NCBI GenBank assembly: GCA_036269595.1
Contig: DATBEI010000059.1
Span: forward strand, 1,032-65,031
Source: Candidatus Sulfotelmatobacter sp.
GTDB lineage: Bacteria > Acidobacteriota > Terriglobia > Terriglobales > Acidobacteriaceae
Length of the DNA stretch: 64,000 nt
Reading direction: 5' to 3'
Part shown: piece after piece, positions 10,390-18,731 of the stretch
Layout of the letters: each line of letters opens with the position of its first letter
Position numbering within the stretch: position 1 is the stretch's first letter
Translations under genes and position numbers: made by a program
Notes under the pieces: generated by a model
Told to the model about the DNA's origin: nothing
The model's input: only the letters and a program-made list of their open reading frames with translations
Database searches by the model: none

Positions 10390-10925
10390 GTCGGTTTGCC
10401 TCCCGCCCTATTTGCTACGGGCTGACCGGGAGTCGGCATTTCGCCAGCTTTGATCAGAAGTTTCCCATTCTCAATTTTGTAGCGGTACTGGAACAAACCG
10501 CGTTCGGGAGGTCCAGAGGCACGCGATCCGTCTTGGTAATAAGCTCCGCCGTGACAGGGACACATGAAGAGATTTGATTGTGGAAACCATCGAACCGGGC
10601 ATCCCAAATGCGCGCAGTTAATGGCAAAGACCTGGAAAGTCTGATTATCCACCCTACGAACCCAGCACGCGATGCTACCCGTCTCACCATCCCAATCATT
10701 GACCAACGGATTTCGATACGTAGCAAGTCGAGTCTGCCCAGTGGGAAATTGTTCTAGTCCCCCCAGCGAGAGCCACGAGTCATAACCGACCTTCCTTTCC
10801 CGCGTCACAGGCGACAGGAGGTAACGCACGATCGGCACCGCCAAGAAAACACCGATAACGCCGTTAAGAAATACTCCCAGTTTCATAAGAGCTGTGCGTC
10901 TCGAGATTCCGTTCTCCGCGCTCAT
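10380..10925 (-). CDS. Rieske 2Fe-2S subunit of the cytochrome b complex
   Basis: CAHLGCPVRW ... CPCHGGAY cluster-binding boxes and an N-terminal anchor RRTALMKLGVFL. I trimmed the 275-aa ORF to ATG 10925, which overlaps the upstream stop (ATGA 10922-10925). Confidence 0.9.
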   Translation of the reverse strand: MSAENGISRRTALMKLGVFLNGVIGVFLAVPIVRYLLSPVTRERKVGYDSWLSLGGLEQFPTGQTRLATYRNPLVNDWDGETGSIACWVRRVDNQTFQVFAINCAHLGCPVRWFPQSNLFMCPCHGGAYYQDGSRASGPPERGLFQYRYKIENGKLLIKAGEMPTPGQPVANRAGGKPTCA

Positions 10926-11671
10926 CGAGGTTCTCCTTGAGCCGACTTCACCAATTCCGTTGAATAGGGTTGGCCCGGGAACTGAGGTCGTTGGCTGGAA
11001 AGCCAGGCTACGACGTCGGAAATGTCTTGGGCCGACATGGCTCTGCCTTCGACATCGCCGCGCCAGTCGGGTGCGCCTAACTCCGGTCGGCCTGCAATGA
11101 CGACTGTTCGAAGTAGTTGATCGCTTACTAATGCGAGGTATGAACCATCCACAATCGAGCTGGCCTTGTTCCCTCCACGGCCAGCGGCTCCGTGACAGGA
11201 GGAGCAATAAAATCCATACGCGTCCCTTCCGCGTTTCGGATCTCCGGGAGCCCGTGCTGTAAAGGTCGGTGGAGTTGCGTCGAGGAGAGCATCAGGTTTC
11301 TGCCATGATCGAATTCCGTGCACAATCGAGTCGATCTGTTTGTCGGTCAGCATGCCCCCTGCACTCTGTGCAAAGGCGGGCATCGGCGTCCCTGGGACGC
11401 CGTCTGAGCAAATGTGACGAATTACGGTATCGTCTGCAATTGCGAGGAAAACCGGATTCGCGAGAGCAAGGGCGGCACCGCCCTTGCCCTCTACGCCGTG
11501 GCATCCTGCACAGTTCTGTCCATAAATCTGTTTGAAATCGACGATCTCACTCGGAGGCATGACCGCTGGCTCAGTCCGATAGACGCCGGGCAGCCTGCTA
11601 CAGGCGGCGGTGGTAAGCAACATGATGAGCGGAACGATCGCGACACTAACGAGAGCGGGTCGATGCTTCAT
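10922..11671 (-). CDS. Dihaem c-type cytochrome (QcrC-like position)
   Basis: Signal/anchor sequence and two CxxCH sites (CAGCH, CSSCH). 4-nt overlaps with both neighbouring genes. Confidence 0.85.
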   Translation of the reverse strand: MKHRPALVSVAIVPLIMLLTTAACSRLPGVYRTEPAVMPPSEIVDFKQIYGQNCAGCHGVEGKGGAALALANPVFLAIADDTVIRHICSDGVPGTPMPAFAQSAGGMLTDKQIDSIVHGIRSWQKPDALLDATPPTFTARAPGDPKRGRDAYGFYCSSCHGAAGRGGNKASSIVDGSYLALVSDQLLRTVVIAGRPELGAPDWRGDVEGRAMSAQDISDVVAWLSSQRPQFPGQPYSTELVKSAQGEPR

Positions 11672-12561
11672 CGTTCACCTTGGTCGCTGCTCTTTTCACC
11701 ATCCGCTCCTGGTGCTTCAATGCCAGCACGCATCGCAAACGGCAGGTATTGCCATGTGCGTATGCGTTCTTGCCTGGACACGATGATGCCGGCAACGATG
11801 CCGAATCCAATTTGAGAGACGACGAACCAGACCCAGTCAATCCGTTGCTTCAGCGTGGGATCGAGGGCCTCAAGCATGCTGTGGATCAGAGCTGACCACA
11901 GGATAGGAGCGATCAAACCTCCGAATAGAACCGGGTGGCGAGGGAACATGGGAAGTGCCACGCCATAGAGAAGCCCAACCAATGAAGAGCAAATCAAATG
12001 GAGGATTGTTGCAACGATGAATGCGTCCCAATGGAACGCCGCAATTTGCTCCGTGGTCGCTCTTGCCGGAAAGAATCCAGCCGACAAAAGGTTGATCGGA
12101 TACCAAATCCCGTGGCCGCTGAGAATTCCATAGAGCACAGCCATGATGGCCATGGCTACGCTTCCTGCCAGACCACCTTTGATACCCGCCGAAATCGGAT
12201 AGATCTCCAGCGGCAGTCGAGCCCGGTTCAGTTCCCGGGTCTTCCATTCGACGCGAGCAACTTGCGGGTGGCGGGTCTCCGCAATTGGGACTTTCCCCTT
12301 GATCGGCACGGATTCATGTTTCTCGTGGGGCAACACTTCGCGAAACCAGCCCACACAACCGGACAGCGTGAAGATCGCGCCCAGAATGCTGACCGAAGTG
12401 CTGGTCACCAATCCCGCGAAAACCAATGTAAGGCCGAAGGCGAGGATGATCGGCCATGCCGTCGGAGCGGGCAGTTCGATCGTGTTCTGCATCGCTCTTT
12501 CTGTCTTCGGTAGTTCAAGCGTTTCTGAGGGCATCTTCCAGTACCTTTCTTCATCGTCCAA
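11668..12561 (-). CDS. Polytopic membrane protein of unknown function embedded in the oxidase/bc operon
   Basis: Several hydrophobic helices (WPIILAFGLTLVFAGLV, GGLAGSVAMAIMAVLYGIL, VWFVVSQIGFGIVAGIIV). I recognise no family motif; it does not look like CtaA, CtaB or SCO. Overlaps ctaE by 11 nt if the first ATG is used; later starts (MPSETL, MQNTIEL) are possible. Confidence 0.6.
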   Translation of the reverse strand: MDDEERYWKMPSETLELPKTERAMQNTIELPAPTAWPIILAFGLTLVFAGLVTSTSVSILGAIFTLSGCVGWFREVLPHEKHESVPIKGKVPIAETRHPQVARVEWKTRELNRARLPLEIYPISAGIKGGLAGSVAMAIMAVLYGILSGHGIWYPINLLSAGFFPARATTEQIAAFHWDAFIVATILHLICSSLVGLLYGVALPMFPRHPVLFGGLIAPILWSALIHSMLEALDPTLKQRIDWVWFVVSQIGFGIVAGIIVSRQERIRTWQYLPFAMRAGIEAPGADGEKSSDQGER

Positions 12562-13147
12562 TCACGTACACGACCGTGAAAACGACAACCCACACCACGT
12601 CGACGAAGTGCCAGTAGAGCGACAAAACCTCGATCCGTTCAGCGTGTTCCGACCTGACCCTTCCCGTCAGCGTGAAGACCATCACTGTGGAGAGACTCAA
12701 AAGACCGACCACGACGTGAAATCCGTGCAGGCCGACCAACGAGTAATAGGTCGTTCCAAACAGGTTCGTGCCGATCGTGAATCCTTCTTTGTAGATCAGC
12801 CGGTGCCATTCGGTGCCGGTCCCATACAAAAAGGCAGCACCCAGCGTAATGGTTGCGAGCCATAAGACCCCGAAAGTTAGCACGTTACCCCGACGGAGAT
12901 GCTTGGCAGCGAAGTGGATCGTGAGACTGCTGGAAAGCAAACAGACCGTATAGACGATAGGGACACTGAGAACATCCTTCGGCATGGGCCCCGTCAGGCT
13001 TTTGCCGAGATAGAAGACGTAAGCCACCACGAAGATTGTGAAAATCGCAGCTTCGGCCGCGATCAGACACAGCATAGCGACGCGTCCGCGATCGGGAAGG
13101 TTCCACTCAAGCCTCGCTCCGGACACCGTCATTGATGTCGCATTCAT
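12551..13147 (-). CDS. ctaE: Cytochrome c oxidase subunit III
   Basis: ~198 aa, 5 TM helices, C-terminal WHFVDVVWVVVF motif typical of haem-copper oxidase subunit III. Confidence 0.9.
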   Translation of the reverse strand: MNATSMTVSGARLEWNLPDRGRVAMLCLIAAEAAIFTIFVVAYVFYLGKSLTGPMPKDVLSVPIVYTVCLLSSSLTIHFAAKHLRRGNVLTFGVLWLATITLGAAFLYGTGTEWHRLIYKEGFTIGTNLFGTTYYSLVGLHGFHVVVGLLSLSTVMVFTLTGRVRSEHAERIEVLSLYWHFVDVVWVVVFTVVYVIGR

Positions 13148-13162
13148 TCACAGTCTCCCCTG

Positions 13163-14836
13163 CTATTCGTAATTCCAGTCCGGATCGGCCGGATGCTTAA
13201 GGTCCCACAGCGGGCGGCGACTCCTAACGACCGGGCGCGTGGCAAAGTTATAGACGGGAGGTGGCGAATTCGTGGACCATTCAAGGGTCCAGGCGTCCCA
13301 CGGATCGCTTCCGGCGGCGTTACCGCGGAAATACGACCAGATCAGGTTTCCCAAGAAGACCAAAATCCCGACGGCCTGGAAGAAAACTCCGATGGTCACG
13401 ATGAAGTTCCACGTGTCCCAACCACGGCCCGGCTCATAGGTGTAGATCCTCCGCGGCATGCCCAACAATCCTGGGATATGCATGAAGTCGAAGGTAAGGT
13501 GGAAGCCGATTATGAAAACCCAGAAATGCAGCTTACCGAGCGTCTCGTTGTACATTTTCCCCGACATCTTCGGAAACCAGTAATAAAAGGCACCGAAAAG
13601 AGCGAAGAGAATGCCGCCGACAATCACATAGTGAAAATGCGCGACCACGAAATATGAATTTCCCAAGTGCCAAGTGAAGGGGGCGACACTCAACATGACG
13701 CCAGTCAGGCCGGCCGCCAGGAATTGGAAGAGAAATGCGATGCAGAACAGCATCGGAGTCTTAAACTCGATTTTTCCTCCCCACATGGTCGCCAGCCAGT
13801 TGAAGATCTTGATGCCGGTCGGAACGGCAATGGCCATGGTCGAGATCACAAAAAAGGTATTCACATTTGCGCCCATGCCGACTGTGAACATGTGGTGGGC
13901 CCATACGCTCATACTGATGAATCCGATTGCAACCGTTGCCCCCACCATCACCGAATAACCGAAAATCGGCTTGCGCGAGAAGACCGGAATGATCTCGGAG
14001 ACGAAGGCGAAGGCTGGGAGCACCAGGACATACACTTCCGGATGTCCGAAAACCCAGAAGAAATGCATCCAGATGACGGCGGAACCTCCCGCCTGAGTGT
14101 CGAAGAAATGCCCGCCAAGATACCGATCGATCAAGAGCATGATCTGCGCAGCCGTTAGTGGACTGACCGCGAGTATCACCAATCCGGCCATCACCAGGTT
14201 GAGCCAGGCGAACAACGGCATTTTGGCCAGCGTCATTCCTGGGCAGCGCATGCAAAGAACAGTGGCCACAATGTTGATCGCCGTACCGATGCTGCCAAAG
14301 CCGGAGACAAGCAGCGCCAGTGTCCAGAAATCGGTGCTATGGCCAACCGAAAAGGTCTGCGAAGTCAGTGGCGCGTAGGCAAACCACCCGACATCGGGAG
14401 CATTACCCGCTCCATACAGACCGTTGGCTCCTACCAGACTGAAGTAGAGAAGCAGTCCGCCGAAAGCGGTCATCCAGAAGCTGAAAGCATTCAGGCGCGG
14501 AAAGGCCATGTCTCGCGCACCAATCATGAGGGGGATCAGATAGTTTGCGAATCCAAACAGAACAGGCATCACCACGAAGAAAATCATGGTGGTGCCGTGC
14601 ATAGTGAACATTCGATTGAAGACTTGGGGCGAAACAAAATCGTTGTGCGGACGGATCAACTGGATGCGGATAATAATCGCCTCGACTCCAGCGATCAGAA
14701 GAAACACCAAGGCATAAATGATGTATAGGATGCCCAGTCGCTTGTGATCCACGGTCGTAACCCAATCGTGAAGCCTCGCGACGATAGGACGCGATACTAG
14801 TTCCGTTCGTGTCAGTGCGAGTGCGTCAGTCGACAT
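13163..14836 (-). CDS. ctaD: Cytochrome c oxidase subunit I, canonical A1-type
   Basis: GARDMAFPRLN, WVFGHPEVYVLVLP (D-channel Glu present), WAHHMF, VPTGIKIFNW (K-channel Lys present), VVAHFHYV. Confidence 0.95.
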   Translation of the reverse strand: MSTDALALTRTELVSRPIVARLHDWVTTVDHKRLGILYIIYALVFLLIAGVEAIIIRIQLIRPHNDFVSPQVFNRMFTMHGTTMIFFVVMPVLFGFANYLIPLMIGARDMAFPRLNAFSFWMTAFGGLLLYFSLVGANGLYGAGNAPDVGWFAYAPLTSQTFSVGHSTDFWTLALLVSGFGSIGTAINIVATVLCMRCPGMTLAKMPLFAWLNLVMAGLVILAVSPLTAAQIMLLIDRYLGGHFFDTQAGGSAVIWMHFFWVFGHPEVYVLVLPAFAFVSEIIPVFSRKPIFGYSVMVGATVAIGFISMSVWAHHMFTVGMGANVNTFFVISTMAIAVPTGIKIFNWLATMWGGKIEFKTPMLFCIAFLFQFLAAGLTGVMLSVAPFTWHLGNSYFVVAHFHYVIVGGILFALFGAFYYWFPKMSGKMYNETLGKLHFWVFIIGFHLTFDFMHIPGLLGMPRRIYTYEPGRGWDTWNFIVTIGVFFQAVGILVFLGNLIWSYFRGNAAGSDPWDAWTLEWSTNSPPPVYNFATRPVVRSRRPLWDLKHPADPDWNYE

Positions 14837-14869
14837 CAGGCGATCTCCCCGTGGTTTTTAACGAGATGG

Positions 14870-15919
14870 TCATCGAAGGGTCTCCAAATACGCGGTCAAC
14901 GCGTCCAGTTGCTGATCGCTCAACTGCATCGCTGGCATCAAGGAACCGGGCTTGATGGCGTCCGGATTTCGAATCCAGAGCCGGAGATTTTGCGGCGTAT
15001 TAGGGGCTGCGCCGGCCGCGATCGTATCTCGGCTCATCAGGTGCGTGAGGTCCGGACCGAATCGCCCGTTGGCCACTGTGCCCGACACAGTGTGGCAGTT
15101 GATGCAGGCGGTCGTCTCGAATGTCCGTTGTCCCTGTGAAACAGCATCATTTACAAACGCCGGCTGGCGTTGCTGCAGAATCCATCGGTTAAACTCATCC
15201 TTCGACTGGACATAAACACGCAGCAGCATCTTGGCGTGCTGGGTTCCGCAATACTGCGCACATTGGCCGAGATAAACTCCTGTCTGCTGCGGGTCAATCC
15301 ACATCATATTGGGGTGATTGGGGATCAGATCTGTCTTACCTCCCAGCCGTGGGACCCAGAAACTGTGGTCAGTATCGGCGGATAGCAAACGAATGAATGT
15401 CGGTGTCGGATGGGCCGGGTCACTTACGGGCAGATGCAGTTCATTTGCCGTTACCACCCCCAGATCTGGATAACGATACTCCCACCAGAATTGGTGGCCG
15501 ATGGCCGTAACTGCGATCGCATTGCCAGGGGGCGATGTTTTCTGAACGAGGGCAATTACTCGTGCTGTCGCCATGAATAATGCGACCACGATGAGAATCG
15601 GGATGACCGTCCACGCCAATTCCACCTGATTGCTGCCGTACACCTGAGGTGGTTCTCGACCGTCGTCATTTCTCTTCTTCCTAAACCTCACGATGGAGTA
15701 AAGCAGCAAGGCGAAGACCACCAGGAAAATGGCTCCTGTGACCGCCAGTACAAACAGAGATAACCCGAAGATCGATTTTGCTGGAGTCGACGCGGGCGCA
15801 AAAATGTTCGTAGGGCTTGAGGGCTGGCTTGGATCTGCGAAAGCTAACGCGGCCCCGCCGAAACACACGAATATCTGAGAACCTAGTACGCGCCCGCTAA
15901 TTGAGTCACGTGATCGCAA
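14870..15919 (-). CDS. ctaC: Cytochrome c oxidase subunit II with fused C-terminal cytochrome c domain (caa3-type)
   Basis: CuA site HSFWVPRLGGK ... CAQYCGTQHAKM and a C-terminal CINCH haem c site. The TTG start at 15919 is tentative. Confidence 0.9.
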   Translation of the reverse strand: MRSRDSISGRVLGSQIFVCFGGAALAFADPSQPSSPTNIFAPASTPAKSIFGLSLFVLAVTGAIFLVVFALLLYSIVRFRKKRNDDGREPPQVYGSNQVELAWTVIPILIVVALFMATARVIALVQKTSPPGNAIAVTAIGHQFWWEYRYPDLGVVTANELHLPVSDPAHPTPTFIRLLSADTDHSFWVPRLGGKTDLIPNHPNMMWIDPQQTGVYLGQCAQYCGTQHAKMLLRVYVQSKDEFNRWILQQRQPAFVNDAVSQGQRTFETTACINCHTVSGTVANGRFGPDLTHLMSRDTIAAGAAPNTPQNLRLWIRNPDAIKPGSLMPAMQLSDQQLDALTAYLETLR

Positions 15920-16317
15920 CCTGATGCCCTCAGTTCGGTCTGATAGCGCCCATTCTTGGAATTGCAGTCACTTTAACGGTGCAATGCGCTAACCAAACTG
16001 CGGGCCGAAGACGGACGACGGCGGGCGTATCAATTAAGGAGAAACCGAGGCCGGCGAGATAGCTGCCTCGCCATTGCTGCCGCAAAAAATGTCCACAGTC
16101 CGACACGTGTCATTCCGCGGTCACAGCCTCTTTCGACGGCAAGCAAATTGAACGGGCCCACGATAGCCGTTACGATTGCCGCGCAACACACGGGGCTCCC
16201 AGTTTCGGAGCGATGCGAGGGAAGTCCGCGTGAGGAGAGAATGAAATAAAAATCATCCTTGTTACTCTCACGGTTTGCCTTGAGGGATCTCCTCTGGTGT
16301 GCAAGGAGACGACAGAC

Positions 16318-16580
16318 GTGAATAACCTCCATCGCGAACTCGCCCCGATTTCCGATTCGGCATGGGTGCAGATCGGAGAGGAAACATCGCGCACGCTGAA
16401 GCGGCACGTCTGGGGATTCCGCAGCCGCAGGATGGGTTTGATCTTCGGCGACACTCTTCAGAAATGTCGCCGAGGGCACAAAGAACAGATTTATTAAAGA
16501 GCAGCACGCTGAGCGAGGACGGCCGCAACGATTTTACTTTCGGCCGGCTCGGAGAGAACTTCACCGTCGAAAGACTCCCT
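16318..16580 (+). pseudogene. Remnant of a family-1 encapsulin (Linocin_M18) shell gene
   Basis: GTG 16318 sits 9 nt after AAGGAG (16303-16308). It encodes VNNLHRELAPISDSAWVQIGEETSRTLKRH, the characteristic encapsulin N-terminus (compare mycobacterial MNNLYRDLAPVTEAAWAEIELEAARTFKRH). Similarity then collapses and a stop follows at 16495-16497. A weak C-terminal-like string DFTFGRLGENFTV appears in another frame just before a hairpin. Confidence 0.6.
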
Positions 16581-16582
16581 AG

Positions 16583-16620
16583 ACGCAGGCCCTCATGGCT
16601 GGGGGCCTGCGTGTTTCGTT
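16583..16620 (+). terminator. Stem-loop between the convergent encapsulin and Mn-catalase remnants
   Basis: Perfect 10-bp stem ACGCAGGCCC (16583-16592) / GGGCCTGCGT (16603-16612) followed by GTTTCGTT. Confidence 0.55.
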
Positions 16621-16621
16621 G

Positions 16622-17131
16622 CTATGCTGATTTTCGGGTTCTAGATTCCGACGAGATTGTGCGCTGTTTCTTACCGCGCCCGGAATCTTGGCCTTTCGAC
16701 GTTTCCATATTTTCAACACCCTCTTTAAATTCGGAAACCTCGACAATCTGCCAATTGCCCCCCTCGTTCCACGGGCCCCGGGCATCGGTCTCGCCTTCAT
16801 CGCCTTCTCCGGTCGAATCGTTGAAATACTGATCGACCAGCACGGGAGTCGGTGGAATCTGTCCAATTGAAAAAGGCGCCTTTCCGATACTCTCAAGAGC
16901 AGCGGTGAAAGCCTTCATGTGAGTAATCTCTCGCGTCATCAAAAACTGGAGCGCATCTTTCGATCCGGGATCGTCGCAAAAGTTGATTAAGCGCTCATAC
17001 ACAATCTTGGCGCGAGCCTCGGCGGCTATGTTGCTTCTCAGATCTATATCCAGTTCGCCGGTGATTTTGAGGTAGTCGGCCGTCCATGCGTCGCCCATCG
17101 AGTTGAACAAGCTGACGCCACCCCCACCGCC
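16622..17131 (-). pseudogene. Mn-catalase gene fragment lacking roughly the N-terminal 110-120 codons
   Basis: Encodes the Mn-catalase C-terminal half (DLRSNIAAEARAKIVYERL, FLMTREITHMKAF, RGPWNEGGNWQIV). Similarity continues upstream of the TTG as GGGGGVSLFNSMGDAW and is then cut by a stop at 17132-17134. The first metal-binding helix pair is absent and the next gene starts 36 nt away on the other strand. Confidence 0.65.
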
Positions 17132-17169
17132 TTATACACGCTTAGATGATTCGGAAAAGGAGATGCCAG

Positions 17170-17952
17170 ATGCAGTTCAGAATATTCTCACGTACATTCG
17201 TTACTTCCTTAGCATTCGTCGTCTGTGCATTTCCTTCCCTGGCACAGAATCCGCAGGATTGTTCGAAGATCCCGGACTACAACAAGCTCAAAGCGGCGTT
17301 AACGAGCGCTGTGAAAGAGGGCAAAGGGGCGAACGGGGGACTCGGGAATCAGGAATGGGGCGCGGTGGTGAATCGAGATGGCATCGTTTGCGCCGTTGTG
17401 TTTACGGGCCCGAATCGAGGAGCGGAATGGCCGGGAAGTCGCCTGATCTCCGCGGAAAAGGCGAATACAGCAAATGCTTTCAGCACCGACAATTTTGCTC
17501 TTTCCAGCGGCAACGTTTATTCCGCCGCGCAGCCTGGAAACTCTCTTTACAGCATCGTGAGCGGTCCAAACCCAACTTCTGCGTTTGCCGGTGATCCACA
17601 AAAGTTCGGTCAACCCGATGACCCGCTGGTGGGAAAGCCGGTTGGCGGAGTTATCGTTTTCGGCGGGGGACTAGCCCTGTACAATAAAAATGGAAAAATT
17701 GTCGAGGCTCTGGGAGTGAGTGGAGACACGTCCTGCGCCGACCACGTAATCGCCTGGAATACCCGGCAGGCCTTAGGGCTGAACGCCGTGCCGATGGGGG
17801 TCGCCCCGGGCCCGAGTGACAACCTCATCTTCGATATCCAGAATGGCGTGAGTAGTAGTGGCTTCGGACATCCAGCGTGCAAGGGCGGTAACCCGAGTGA
17901 AGGGATCATTAACAAGTTAAACCAAACCCACCCCACCGGTCCCCACCGCTAA
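17170..17952 (+). CDS. Secreted long-form GlcG/DUF336 (haem-degrading-like) domain protein, paralogue 1
   Basis: AAGGAG lies 8 nt upstream of ATG 17170. Signal peptide present. Blocks NRDGIVCAVVF, GSRLISAEKANTANAFS and GGVIVFGGGLALY...GVSGDTSCADH match the GlcG fold pattern. Confidence 0.7.
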   Translation: MQFRIFSRTFVTSLAFVVCAFPSLAQNPQDCSKIPDYNKLKAALTSAVKEGKGANGGLGNQEWGAVVNRDGIVCAVVFTGPNRGAEWPGSRLISAEKANTANAFSTDNFALSSGNVYSAAQPGNSLYSIVSGPNPTSAFAGDPQKFGQPDDPLVGKPVGGVIVFGGGLALYNKNGKIVEALGVSGDTSCADHVIAWNTRQALGLNAVPMGVAPGPSDNLIFDIQNGVSSSGFGHPACKGGNPSEGIINKLNQTHPTGPHR

Positions 17953-18120
17953 TCGCCGGGCAACAGCATAGATCCACCTCTGGGACGGCTGGATCAAACT
18001 TCTTCGGGAGTTGCGGGATGAACAAGAGCTCGGAACCGGAAACTTGGGAATCAGGGGGAGACTGTATCGTTGCCGGTGGCCGATAGCTACTTCAATCCAC
18101 CGAAATGATCGACTCAGCGG

Positions 18121-18639
18121 TCAATGATCATCTCGGCGAGGAAGAAGGGCCTTGGCAAATTGACGGCGCACAGGCTCCCCAGCGACGGCCATAATAACGA
18201 CCGCAATAGCGATGGCTAGAGCATCAAGCCCCGTCTGCATCGATCCCAGCGACACAAGCATGCTTGTTGACAGAGACGCGGGTTGGCTTGCCTTGAGAGC
18301 CAATGTTATGGCTGTAGTAATAACGACCGCCAGAACGACGGCCCAGAGACGAGATGAGGTAATAAAGCCCGCGGACGCAACTTTGGGGGCATGCCAGGCA
18401 CCGAGCAACCATAGGGAAAGAAAACCTGCACCGAGTCCTGCCATGTGTCCCACAATAATGTTGTAGGTCCTGGCGCTTCGTGCGAGAGGTTGCTCGACCA
18501 TTTCATAAGCGGTAGGACCCAGGCTTGCGAAGATCAGCGGTCTGCGCACAACCAGCGCAATCGCGCCTACAAGCAAAATAAGCGCGCCCTCACCAATAGA
18601 AGCGAATAAAAGATTCTTGCCTCTCGTCATCTCTTTCAC
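18121..18639 (-). CDS. HPP-family-like small membrane protein
   Basis: 172 aa, 4-5 TM helices, ASLGPTAYEM and IVGHMAGLGAG blocks resembling the HPP family. The usual HPPAGA motif reads SQPASLS. Confidence 0.5.
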   Translation of the reverse strand: MKEMTRGKNLLFASIGEGALILLVGAIALVVRRPLIFASLGPTAYEMVEQPLARSARTYNIIVGHMAGLGAGFLSLWLLGAWHAPKVASAGFITSSRLWAVVLAVVITTAITLALKASQPASLSTSMLVSLGSMQTGLDALAIAIAVVIMAVAGEPVRRQFAKALLPRRDDH

Positions 18640-18668
18640 TTGAACCTAAAGAATCGAATCTATCTAGA

Positions 18669-18690
18669 CCTGCCAGAATTCATTGGCAGG
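18669..18690 (-). other. Perfect 7-bp hairpin in the GlcG-like/HPP intergenic gap
   Basis: CCTGCCA (18669-18675) / TGGCAGG (18684-18690) around a GAATTCAT loop. Only a weak T-rich tail follows on the transcribed strand. Confidence 0.3.
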
Positions 18691-18731
18691 GCAGGCGTCT
18701 CGAGCAGGGCTCAACAATCTATTTCTCCGCT

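Noticed and set aside
10926-11207. 94-codon N-terminal extension of the Rieske ORF
   Set aside because: The extension lies entirely inside the upstream cytochrome c gene and is Arg-rich nonsense. The ATG at 10925 gives a classic ATGA coupling and a normal Rieske N-terminus. The same logic was applied to the ORF extensions at 19530-19697, 20548-20712, 27011-27244, 48689-48787 and 60617-60655.
16258-16317. LTVCLEGS string just upstream of the encapsulin start, resembling an encapsulin cargo-loading peptide (LTVGSL-type)
   Set aside because: Only 3-4 residues match. It is in the same frame as the shell-gene start with no intervening stop, and no cargo-like ORF precedes it. That is too weak to call.
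16030-16479. 149-aa minus-strand ORF across the decayed zone
   Set aside because: It has no recognisable domain, overlaps the encapsulin N-terminal remnant on the other strand, and shows atypical composition.
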